A stretch of 64,000 nucleotides of DNA from an uncultured Thermoplasmata archaeon (GTDB lineage Archaea > Thermoplasmatota > Thermoplasmata > RBG-16-68-12). The notes beneath the pieces are model-generated. The model was not told where the DNA came from. It saw only the letters and a program-made list of their open reading frames with translations, and ran no database searches. The translations under genes and the position numbers were made by a program. This document shows positions 18,373-26,700 of this stretch, piece after piece. The DNA lies in assembly GCA_963768855.1 (NCBI GenBank), contig CAVYJM010000006.1:576001-640000 (forward strand). Direction: 5' to 3'. Every line of letters begins with the position of its first letter. The stretch's first letter is position 1.

Positions 18373-19095
18373 ATGGCCATGATGAAGTGCCCGGTCTGCG
18401 CCGTCTCCGTGAAGGCGGAGAACCTCGAGCGGCACCTGAGGAACCAGCACCCGCACGAGAAGGTCGACCTCTCCCAGGCTCTGAGCAAAGAGGACCAGCT
18501 GGTCTTCGAGGGGCAAAAGTCGGCCGCGCGACCCGGCATGACCCGTGGCGGGCGACGCCTGCTCGTCGTCGTCGGCCTCGTCGTCGCGGTGCTCGTCGCC
18601 CTCGCGATCCTCTATCCGATCCTCCTTCCGCCGGCCCCATTGAACACTGCGTTCACGGCGACGTCGACGGACAACACGACCGTGAGCACGACCGCGTGGC
18701 GCGGCAATCCCATCCTCGTCGAGTTCATGGACCTCGACTGCCCGTACTGCGCGGATGAATCTCCGGTCCTGGTGTCTCTCTACACGAGCACGGCCGACAA
18801 TTTCACCCAGCGCGGCGTGAAGTTCGTCAGCGTCGACATGAATTTCGAGGGCGCCGCCGATACGGCGGACCGGATCAACAGCATGAGGAGCTCGCCCTCG
18901 TCCGCGTTCTACGGCAGCAGCTGGCCGTACGTCCTGGATGTCGGCGGCACGATCGCGAAGAACTACGGTGCGACCCAGACGCCCACGATCTTCATCCTGA
19001 CCAAGGACGGCACGGTCTACAACAAGTATGTCGGCACGGCGCAGGCGTCCGCCGCCAACCTCGCGGCCGGCCTGACCGCGGCCCTCGGAGGGTGA
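18373..19095 (+). CDS. membrane-anchored thioredoxin-like (TlpA/DsbA-like) protein with N-terminal C2H2 zinc finger
   Basis: CPVC-x11-H-x4-H, one TM helix, then 'EFMDLDCPYC' and cis-Pro 'TPT'; TTTATA at ~18338. Confidence 0.8.
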   Translation: MAMMKCPVCAVSVKAENLERHLRNQHPHEKVDLSQALSKEDQLVFEGQKSAARPGMTRGGRRLLVVVGLVVAVLVALAILYPILLPPAPLNTAFTATSTDNTTVSTTAWRGNPILVEFMDLDCPYCADESPVLVSLYTSTADNFTQRGVKFVSVDMNFEGAADTADRINSMRSSPSSAFYGSSWPYVLDVGGTIAKNYGATQTPTIFILTKDGTVYNKYVGTAQASAANLAAGLTAALGG

Positions 19096-19096
19096 C

Positions 19097-19549
19097 GTGG
19101 CCCGCGAGCGGCTGTCCCGCGGGGACCGGCTCGTCCTCGTGGCGATCCTCGCGTCCGCCGGGGCGGTGGTCGCCGCCTACCTGACATACGAGTGGTACGT
19201 CTCGTTCTCCTCGCCGTTCTGCGACCTCACCAGCTACTTCAGCTGCAGCGCAGTCGGGAAGAGTGCGTTCGCGGCCATCGGGGGCGTGCCCACGGCCGTG
19301 ATCGGCCTCGCGGGCTTCCTGATCCTGCTCGGACTGTCCATCCTCGCGTTCCGAGGCGTGGAGCGGATCGGTCCCTGGTCCACGGACGCCTGGATCCTGC
19401 TCATCGCGGTCGTCGGGTCGCTCGTCGGGCTCGGGCTCACGTTCATCGAAATCTTCGTCATCGAGGCCGTCTGCGTCCTGTGCACGGCCGGGTTCGCCCT
19501 CGACCTCGGCATCCTCGCCACGGCTTGGAGCCTGCGGCGCGGGACGTAG
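19097..19549 (+). CDS. vitamin K epoxide reductase (VKOR) family protein
   Basis: Loop cysteines 'CDLTSYFSCSAV', active-site 'CVLC', four TM helices; GTG start right after the upstream stop. Confidence 0.92.
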   Translation: MARERLSRGDRLVLVAILASAGAVVAAYLTYEWYVSFSSPFCDLTSYFSCSAVGKSAFAAIGGVPTAVIGLAGFLILLGLSILAFRGVERIGPWSTDAWILLIAVVGSLVGLGLTFIEIFVIEAVCVLCTAGFALDLGILATAWSLRRGT

Positions 19550-19640
19550 TCCGGGATGTTCGAAGGACTGGGCGTCCTGTCGGTCACTCGAAGGATTTAT
19601 GGCGGGGGAGGGACTCCCTCCGTCCGGGGAGGAACGTCCG

Positions 19641-20117
19641 ATGAATCGACGCCGGATCTTCCAGATCGTTGCGATTGCGGGCGCGCTTGCCGCCTATCTC
19701 ACGATCATCATCGGCGGAGACGTCCGCTCATCGGAGGCGGGTCTCGCTTGCGGGGCGAGCTGGCCTCTGTGCAGCGGCGGACTGATCCCGGATCTCAGCA
19801 ACCCCAACGTGGCCATCGAGTTCGCCCACCGGGTGATTGCGTTCGTGACTTCGCTGGTCATCCTGATCACCCTCATCCTGGCCCTCCTGTGGTACCGCAC
19901 GGACCGGCGCGTCCTCCTGCTCGCGATCGCCAGCATGGTCCTCCTGGTTTCCCAGGTCCTCCTGGGGATGGTGACCGTGCAGAGCGACCTGAACGGGGCT
20001 GTCGTCACGGCCCACCTGGCCCTGGGGACCGCCACATTCGCCACGGCTCTCGTCCTCGCCGTGGTGTCCCTCATGCCGTCCTCGCTCAAGCCGGCGATTG
20101 AGGGCGCGCCGAGCTAG
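19641..20117 (+). CDS. ctaA: heme A synthase, single-module (half-size) CtaA/COX15
   Basis: 'GGDVRSSEAGLACGASWPLC', 'EFAHR', 'TAHL'; 158 aa, 4 TM. Confidence 0.85.
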   Translation: MNRRRIFQIVAIAGALAAYLTIIIGGDVRSSEAGLACGASWPLCSGGLIPDLSNPNVAIEFAHRVIAFVTSLVILITLILALLWYRTDRRVLLLAIASMVLLVSQVLLGMVTVQSDLNGAVVTAHLALGTATFATALVLAVVSLMPSSLKPAIEGAPS

Positions 20118-20120
20118 GCC

Positions 20121-20897
20121 TCACTCGACCAGAAAGTGGATCAGCAGCATCAGGGTGAACGCAATCCCTGCCCAGAGTGCCCACCTTCCGTCGGCGGCCG
20201 CTCGCACGCGCGGGAGGAGCCCGAGGAGCAGGAACAGGAGCGCGAACCCCGCCTCGAGGCCTGCGCCGAATACGACGAGCGCCTGTTCCGCCGCGACGCT
20301 TGCTGCGGAAAACGCGGCCGGGCCGAGCAGGACGACCGGCACGTACGCCGCGGGGAGGGTGGCCAGGCCGGCGAGCAGGCCCGGCACCGCTTTCGGCGGG
20401 CGCCAGGCGGCGAGGATGGCGGGGACGAGGATGAGCGAGCCCTCCGCGAAGCGATGGAGCACGGTCCCTCCCACGGCGGCAGCGGTGAGGGGGAAGCCCG
20501 TCGCGCTCACTCCCGCATATCCCTCTCCGAGGACGAGGCCGTCCGCGAAGCTGTGCAGGGCGACGAACGCGACGGCCGCCCAGACGACTGCCGAGGGGCG
20601 GAGGTCCCCGTCCGCTGACCTCTTGCCGAGGACCAGCCAGCCCAGGCTGATGCCCGCGAGGAGCCCTCCGACCGCGACCCCTGCGCTCACCTCGGGGCTC
20701 GCCTCGAACCGGAGGAACGCGTTGCCCTCGAGGAGGGCGGCCCCCGCGTGCGCAAGCCCGAGGAACGCCACGACGCCGACCAGCAGGCCCCAGAGGGCCA
20801 TCTCGTGCCGCTTCAGCGTCTCGGGGAAGGCGTAGAGGACGACGGCGAGGAGCGGCAGGAGGCCGAATCCGAGCGAGACGATCGCGAGATCGATCAC
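20121..20897 (-). CDS. ZIP-like divalent metal transporter
   Basis: Paired TM motifs 'HSFADG' and 'HRFAEG' like ZIP TM4/TM5; 8 hydrophobic segments. Confidence 0.65.
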   Translation of the reverse strand: MIDLAIVSLGFGLLPLLAVVLYAFPETLKRHEMALWGLLVGVVAFLGLAHAGAALLEGNAFLRFEASPEVSAGVAVGGLLAGISLGWLVLGKRSADGDLRPSAVVWAAVAFVALHSFADGLVLGEGYAGVSATGFPLTAAAVGGTVLHRFAEGSLILVPAILAAWRPPKAVPGLLAGLATLPAAYVPVVLLGPAAFSAASVAAEQALVVFGAGLEAGFALLFLLLGLLPRVRAAADGRWALWAGIAFTLMLLIHFLVE

Positions 20898-20904
20898 GCC
20901 CGGC

Positions 20905-21831
20905 TCACTTCTTCAGGCGTGCAGCGCGGGTGGCCCGGACTTGATAGACACCGGCAAGAAGGAGGACGCCTCCCATGACGACGACCATGATGCCGGGGAT
21001 GAGTCCGATCGGGAATCCCGCGGGCCCGGCACTCGGCGTGCCAAGGACGACGATCATGCCCCACATCGTGCTCAGGTGGATTCCGCACCGGTAGGCGAAC
21101 GTCCCGGCCCTCGTCGCCGTGAAGTTGTAGACGAGGGGGTTCGGGTTCCCGAGTCCGCCGAACTGGGCGGACTCGGTCTCGCCCGAATTGACCGTGGAGC
21201 TGTTGTCGAAATCGATGAGCCAGGTGTGGAAGGTTCCGTCCGCGGAGTACAGGGTGAGCGTGATGTTCGCCCCTTTCTCGATGATGAGCGTGGGGCCGGG
21301 CTTCGTGATGTTCGTCGCGTTGAAGCCCCAGCCGCGGGCCGCGTCGCCGTAGAGCGTGTAGTGGGTCGGCGCGGAGATCGTGATGAGGCCCGTCATCCCG
21401 GAGGGATGGATTTGGCACCGGTACACGTACGTCCCGATCCGCAAGGCCGTGAAGTTCCATAGGATGGAGTTGCCCGGCGAGAACTGGGGCGAACTCGGCT
21501 CGTTGCCGTTCGGGATCGTGCTGTTGTCGTAGTCAATGAACCAGGTGTGCGGCAGGCTGTCTGCCGCGATGAGCGTGAGCTGGACCGTGTCCCCGTACGC
21601 GACGGTCAGGTGCGGACCCGGGTTCGTCGTGTTGTTCGTGTCGAATCCCCACCCGCTGAGTGCGTTCCCGTAGAGCGTGAAGTTGTCGACGATCCCCGTC
21701 GAGATCACAGGGGGAACGATGGCTGCGCTCGCCTCGCTCGAGGGCGTGAGCACGAGGAGGCCGACGCCGATGAGGGCTCCCGCGAGGAGGAGCGCCTCAA
21801 GACGTGACCGTGAGGGTGGCGACCATCGCAT
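20905..21831 (-). CDS. secreted, membrane-anchored protein with two cupredoxin (type-1 copper) domains
   Basis: Signal peptide; two repeats 'PGP.L....G..V.L.L......HTW.ID' ending 'YRCQIHPSGM' and 'YRCGIHLSTM'; C-terminal TM and basic tail. Confidence 0.85.
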   Translation of the reverse strand: MRWSPPSRSRLEALLLAGALIGVGLLVLTPSSEASAAIVPPVISTGIVDNFTLYGNALSGWGFDTNNTTNPGPHLTVAYGDTVQLTLIAADSLPHTWFIDYDNSTIPNGNEPSSPQFSPGNSILWNFTALRIGTYVYRCQIHPSGMTGLITISAPTHYTLYGDAARGWGFNATNITKPGPTLIIEKGANITLTLYSADGTFHTWLIDFDNSSTVNSGETESAQFGGLGNPNPLVYNFTATRAGTFAYRCGIHLSTMWGMIVVLGTPSAGPAGFPIGLIPGIMVVVMGGVLLLAGVYQVRATRAARLKK

Positions 21832-22468
21832 AATGACTGACTCCGCAGAACTGGGTGCAGACGATGTCGTACGTCCCGGGGAGGACGGGCTTGAACCATC
21901 CGGTGTTGTCGTGGCCGGGGATGGCGTCCAGGTGCACCCCAAGAGCCGGGATGAAGAGGGAATGGTCCACATCGACCGACTTGATGACGAGCTTCACGGT
22001 CAGGTTCGATGTGAGCGTGAGCGCCCCGATGCTGTGGACGCTCGTCCCGTTCGTGGAGTTCGTCCAGAACTCCCAGAACCACTGGTGCCCGATGGCCGTC
22101 ACCTGGACGTCCCACGTCTGAGGGACCGTGTCCGTGAACGTCAGGGTCTCGAACGCGAGGATGCCGAGCACAAGGAGGATGATTGCGGGCACAATCGTCC
22201 ATGCCGCCTCGAGGCCGTGGTGGGAGGTCGGGAGGTTCGCCTTGGGAAGAGTCTGCCCCTTTCGGACTCGGAACTTCAGGATCGTGATAACCATCACGAC
22301 ACCGACGAAGACTCCGATGGCGACGGCGAGGATCGCGACGATCCAGAAGAGGCTCGAGATCTGGGCGTCGCTCGTTGAGCCGCTCGCGGCCGAGGCGCTC
22401 GCAGCTGACGTCAGCAAGGCTGCGAGGAAGAGAGTCGTGACGAGGATCAGCCGGCGCGCGCTGCGCAT
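21797..22468 (-). CDS. coxB: heme-copper oxidase subunit II (CuA)
   Basis: 'AIGHQWFW', 'DVDHSLFIP', CuA motif 'CTQFCGVSHYAM'; signal peptide plus 2 TM. Confidence 0.93.
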   Translation of the reverse strand: MRSARRLILVTTLFLAALLTSAASASAASGSTSDAQISSLFWIVAILAVAIGVFVGVVMVITILKFRVRKGQTLPKANLPTSHHGLEAAWTIVPAIILLVLGILAFETLTFTDTVPQTWDVQVTAIGHQWFWEFWTNSTNGTSVHSIGALTLTSNLTVKLVIKSVDVDHSLFIPALGVHLDAIPGHDNTGWFKPVLPGTYDIVCTQFCGVSHYAMVATLTVTS

Positions 22469-22675
22469 CGGCGCGCCGTACACCGCGGTGCTCTAAAGCG
22501 TTTGCGGTTTGCCGAAACATTCGGCGAACCGAACTCGTCTGCTACATGGAGGAAACCTACGAACTCCGTCGTACCTCGCCGAGGCCCGCATGGGGATGTG
22601 GAAACCTTTTTCAACGACGCTGAGGTTCCGGTTTCGGTCGGCCTAACTTGGTCGGCGCGATTTCGAGGTCCAGCG

Positions 22676-24331
22676 ATGGCGGGTGAGGTGGTCGTCCGGC
22701 ACGGCGTGGAGGAGGAGGTCCACCACGAGCGCGTCGGCGTGCTCAAGTGGGTCTACACCACGAACCACCACAACATCGGGATCATGTACATCATCAGTTC
22801 GATCATCTTCTTCTTCATGGGAGGGCTCCTCGCGGAGCTCATCCGGACGGAACTCGCCTACCCGGGCCCCACGATCGTGGACGCGGCCACCTACGACCAG
22901 TTGTTCACGATGCACGGGACCACGATGGTCTTCCTTGTGGCCATCCCGATCCTGGCGGGGTTCGGGAACCTCATGCTCCCGCCGCTCATCGGCGCGAAGG
23001 ACATGGCCTTCCCCCGCGTGAATGCGCTCAGCTTCTGGCTCATCCCCGTTGCGGGGGTGATCATGTGGCTCGGCGTGGCCAATGTCGGCTGGTCCGGTTA
23101 CACGCCCCTTTCCGCGTTCGACAACGGCGTGGGCGTCGACATGTGGATCGTAGGCCTGCAGCTCCTCGGCATCTCCTCGACCGCGGGCGCGATCAACTTT
23201 CTCGTGACCGCGTTGAGGCACCGCGCACCCGGCGTGACCCTGAAGAACCTCTCCCTGTTCGCCTGGTCCATCGTCGCGACCGCGGCGATCACCCTCGTCG
23301 CGACCCCGGTCCTCGCCGCGGGCCTCTTCGTCCTTCTCCTCGATCGCCACGGCGTCACCCACTTCCTGACCCAGCTCAGCGGCGGCGATCCCGTCATGTG
23401 GCAGAACCTCTTCTGGTTCTACTCCCACCCGGCCGTGTACATCATGATCCTCCCGGCGATGGGGATCGTGTCGGAGATCATCCCGCGGTTCTCCCACCGT
23501 CCCATCTTCGGGTACAAGGCGATCGCCCTGTCCACCGTGGCGATCGCGTTCCTCTCCTTCGGCGTGTGGGTCCACCACATGTTCACCTCGGGCATCGACC
23601 TGAGCGCGCGCCTGCCCTTCATGATCATCACCCTGGTCATCGCGGTGCCGAGCGGGATCAAGGTGTTCAACTGGATCATGACGATGTGGGGCGGAGCGAT
23701 CGAGCTCAAGACGCCCATGCTCTTCGCGATCGGCTTCGTCGGGATGTTCGTCATCGGCGGCATCACGGGCGTCTTCCAGGCGCCCATCCCGGTCGACTAC
23801 GAGCTCCACGACACGTACTGGGTCGTCGGCCACATCCACTACGTGCTGTTCGGCGGGACGATCATGGGCGTGCTCGCCGGAGTCTACTACTGGTATCCGC
23901 GGATGTCCGGCCGCATGTACAGCGAACGGCTCGGCCTCTGGCACTTCGCCTTCACGATGGTCGGCCTCAACCTCGTGTTCTTCTCCCAGCTCTTCCTCGG
24001 GCTCGAGGGCATGCCGCGGAGGGTGTACGACTACCCGGCCCAGTATTGGACGCTCAACTGGCTCGCGACGATCGGGGCGTACATCCTCGGGGCCGGTCAG
24101 CTCATCTTCGCCGGGAACATGATGTGGAGCTTCTTCCGCGGGCCACGGTCCAGCCCGGATCCATGGGGCGGGGTTCCCATGACCGGGATGGAATTCGGAG
24201 CCCCCGCGCCCCTGATGCCGGAGTGGTGGGAGAAGCAACAGGCGGCGACGACCACGGCCGTCTCGATGACCGCGGCGGCCGCCGACGGCGCGGTCCTCAC
24301 TGCGTCAGCGGAGCCGCCTCGAGGTCCTTGA
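22676..24331 (+). CDS. coxA: heme-copper oxidase subunit I, A2 type
   Basis: 'FTMHG', 'DMAFPRVN', 'WFYSHPAVY', 'VWVHHMF', 'PSGIKVF', 'VVGHIHYV', 'GMPRR'; start set at MAGEVVV. Confidence 0.96.
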   Translation: MAGEVVVRHGVEEEVHHERVGVLKWVYTTNHHNIGIMYIISSIIFFFMGGLLAELIRTELAYPGPTIVDAATYDQLFTMHGTTMVFLVAIPILAGFGNLMLPPLIGAKDMAFPRVNALSFWLIPVAGVIMWLGVANVGWSGYTPLSAFDNGVGVDMWIVGLQLLGISSTAGAINFLVTALRHRAPGVTLKNLSLFAWSIVATAAITLVATPVLAAGLFVLLLDRHGVTHFLTQLSGGDPVMWQNLFWFYSHPAVYIMILPAMGIVSEIIPRFSHRPIFGYKAIALSTVAIAFLSFGVWVHHMFTSGIDLSARLPFMIITLVIAVPSGIKVFNWIMTMWGGAIELKTPMLFAIGFVGMFVIGGITGVFQAPIPVDYELHDTYWVVGHIHYVLFGGTIMGVLAGVYYWYPRMSGRMYSERLGLWHFAFTMVGLNLVFFSQLFLGLEGMPRRVYDYPAQYWTLNWLATIGAYILGAGQLIFAGNMMWSFFRGPRSSPDPWGGVPMTGMEFGAPAPLMPEWWEKQQAATTTAVSMTAAAADGAVLTASAEPPRGP

Positions 24332-25457
24332 GGATCACTTCGGCGAGCTTCGCCGCGGTGTCGTAGTCCCCGGCCTCGAACGCGGCCCGGGCCTGCTTGA
24401 GCGTCTTGCGGATCTCGCTCACGTTGCGGCCCGAGTCGCGGGCCTTCTTCGCGGTCTCGAGCGCCTTCGTCATGCGGTCGAGCGCCTCGGTCCGCGAGAT
24501 CTTGGGCTTGGCGTCCGCAACAGGGAGATCCTCCATGAGGTCGTCCTTCACGGCTTCCGCCTTCGGGGCGGGTTCGGGCGCGGGGGGGACGGGAGGAGCG
24601 GCAGGCGGCGCGGTCGGCGGCGGGGGAGGCGGGACATGGGCCGGCGGTTCGACGGCGACGTCGATGCCGCTCGCCTCGAGGGCCGCCGCAAGGTACTTCT
24701 CCGCCTCGATGAGGCTCTTCTCCTTCTGGGCGAGCTTCTCGCGCTCCGCGGCGAGCCCCGTGAGCTCCCCCTTCAGGCTGTTCTGGAGCTCCACGAAGGA
24801 GTCGTGCTGAGCGACGGACTCCTTCTGGCGGGTGTGCATGTCCTCGGCGATCTTGAGCATCTCCTTCTCCCGGGCCTCGAGGGCGGAGAGCCGGTCGTTC
24901 TGGCTGCGGATGAGGTCCTCCTCGCGCTTCGCAAGGGTCCGCTCGCGCTCGGCGAGTCCCTTCTCCATGTTCGAGAACCGGTCGATCATGTCCGCAAGGC
25001 TGCGCTCCCGCTGCGCCATGAGCTCCTCGCGCTCGACGAGCGCCTGGAGCTTCGATTCGGAATCCTTAATCTGGCCCTGAAGCTCGACCTCGAGGCGCCG
25101 GATGCGCTCCTCGGTCTCCTTAATCGTCTTCTCCCGCTCGTTCAGCGAGCGGGCCCAGTCCTGGACGCGCTTCTCCTCGGCCGCGACCTTGTCGCGGTCC
25201 GCCCTCGTGGCGGCGATGTCCTTGTCGATCGACGCGCGGGACTCCGTCACGTCCTCCTTATCCTTGGCGAACGCGGCGCGTTCGGACTGGAGCTTCGCCG
25301 ACTGCTTCGCGAGGGTCTCCTTCTCCTCGTCGAGCTGGGCCTTCAGCGCATCGAGCTCCTTGGCGCGGGCCTCAAGGGCCGACTTGTTTTCCTTGAACTT
25401 CGACGCGGACGCCTTCACGGCGTCCAAGATGAGAGGGGACGGCTTCTCGGTCGGCAT
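24297..25457 (-). CDS. long coiled-coil protein (paralog 2)
   Basis: Same architecture as 13884..14945 with shared 'DAVKASASK.KE..SALEARAKELD', 'KEKSL.E.EKYL..AL' and 'EAGDY'. Confidence 0.85.
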   Translation of the reverse strand: MPTEKPSPLILDAVKASASKFKENKSALEARAKELDALKAQLDEEKETLAKQSAKLQSERAAFAKDKEDVTESRASIDKDIAATRADRDKVAAEEKRVQDWARSLNEREKTIKETEERIRRLEVELQGQIKDSESKLQALVEREELMAQRERSLADMIDRFSNMEKGLAERERTLAKREEDLIRSQNDRLSALEAREKEMLKIAEDMHTRQKESVAQHDSFVELQNSLKGELTGLAAEREKLAQKEKSLIEAEKYLAAALEASGIDVAVEPPAHVPPPPPPTAPPAAPPVPPAPEPAPKAEAVKDDLMEDLPVADAKPKISRTEALDRMTKALETAKKARDSGRNVSEIRKTLKQARAAFEAGDYDTAAKLAEVILKDLEAAPLTQ

Positions 25458-25755
25458 GTCAGCTCACCACCGCAGGATGGCGATCAGGTTCCGGAGTGCA
25501 GTGTGTCGGTATATAAGGGGTGCCTCGAAGAAATCAATCGCGAGAACGTAGGTGTCCCTCCGGGGGTCCGAGCCTTTCGGAAGCCCGCAATCAGGTCTCC
25601 CTCCAACGCCCTCCGCGGGCGTTCTTGGAGGCTCCGCGGGGGTCGCGCCCGTCCCCTCATTGTCAAAGCCTGTCAGACAAACGAAAGACAGAAATAGCGT
25701 CATCGTCGTACACGCGTCAGCACGCCTCCGGTGGAGGCGACCAAGGGATGGGAAT

Positions 25756-25980
25756 ATGCCTGCACTCCGGGAAATCTCGTTCGATGACGCTCGGAAGATT
25801 GCGGCCGACCACGGCCTGCAACCGAGCAAAGTGAAGGGAACGAACACGCTTCGGTTCTCCAAGACCCCGAGCGACAAGCTCCAGGTCATCACGTGGGACG
25901 AGTTTCAGCAGACGGCGACGACCCGCGGCCTCGCGGTCTACGAGTCGGCCGGCTGGATGAAGCTCATGAAGAAGCCGTAG
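25756..25980 (+). CDS. small hypothetical protein, 74 aa
   Basis: MPALREISFDDARKIAADHGLQPSKVKG...MKLMKKP; GC3-rich codons only from ATG 25756. Confidence 0.75.
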   Translation: MPALREISFDDARKIAADHGLQPSKVKGTNTLRFSKTPSDKLQVITWDEFQQTATTRGLAVYESAGWMKLMKKP

Positions 25981-26012
25981 ACCGCCGCGTCCGCCATCGT
26001 TCAGGGAAGCCC

Positions 26013-26654
26013 ATGGTCGACGTCGCGTTCGCAGCGACCGCCATGGCCTCCATCTTCGCCATTGTCGACCCCCTTGGGGTCATCCCCTTCTTCTCCGTCC
26101 TCACGGAGGACATGACCACCGCCCAGAAGCGCGACGTGATTTCGAAGAGTTGCCTCGTCGCCACGGCGACGCTCGGCGTGTTCGCCGTCTTCGGCCAATG
26201 GATCTTTGACGCCTTCGGGTTCACCGTGCCCGCCTTCGAGATCGCGGGCGGCATCCTGCTGTTCGGGGTCGCGTTCGAGATGCTCCACGGCGAGCGCCCG
26301 CGGACGAAGATGACGGAGTCCGAGCGGACGGAGACGCTCGAGCGCGAGGACGTCGGCGTCATCCCCCTCGGGATCCCCCTCCTCGCAGGACCCGGGGCCA
26401 TCACGACGGTGATGATCTACATGACCCACCCGGTCGCCGACCCGGTCGACAAGATGTTCATCTTCGCCGGCATCCTGGTGGCCGTCCTGACCACGTTCTT
26501 CCTCATGCACTACGCGGACCGCATCTTCAAGCGGGTCGGCCGCACCGGGACGAAGGTGATCGGCCGCATCATGGGCCTCCTGCTGGCCGCGATTGCGGTC
26601 CAGTTCATCATCAACGGCGTCCTCGGGACCGCGCGGCTGAACGGGCTGCTCTGA
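26013..26654 (+). CDS. MarC family integral membrane protein
   Basis: 'IVDPLGVIPFF', 'PAFEIAGGILLF', 'PLGIPLLAGPGAIT', 'RIMGLLLAAIAVQ'. Confidence 0.92.
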   Translation: MVDVAFAATAMASIFAIVDPLGVIPFFSVLTEDMTTAQKRDVISKSCLVATATLGVFAVFGQWIFDAFGFTVPAFEIAGGILLFGVAFEMLHGERPRTKMTESERTETLEREDVGVIPLGIPLLAGPGAITTVMIYMTHPVADPVDKMFIFAGILVAVLTTFFLMHYADRIFKRVGRTGTKVIGRIMGLLLAAIAVQFIINGVLGTARLNGLL

Positions 26655-26700
26655 CGGCTCGGGCCAACACCTTTTATCCGCCGCCCCGCATCCCCGGCCC

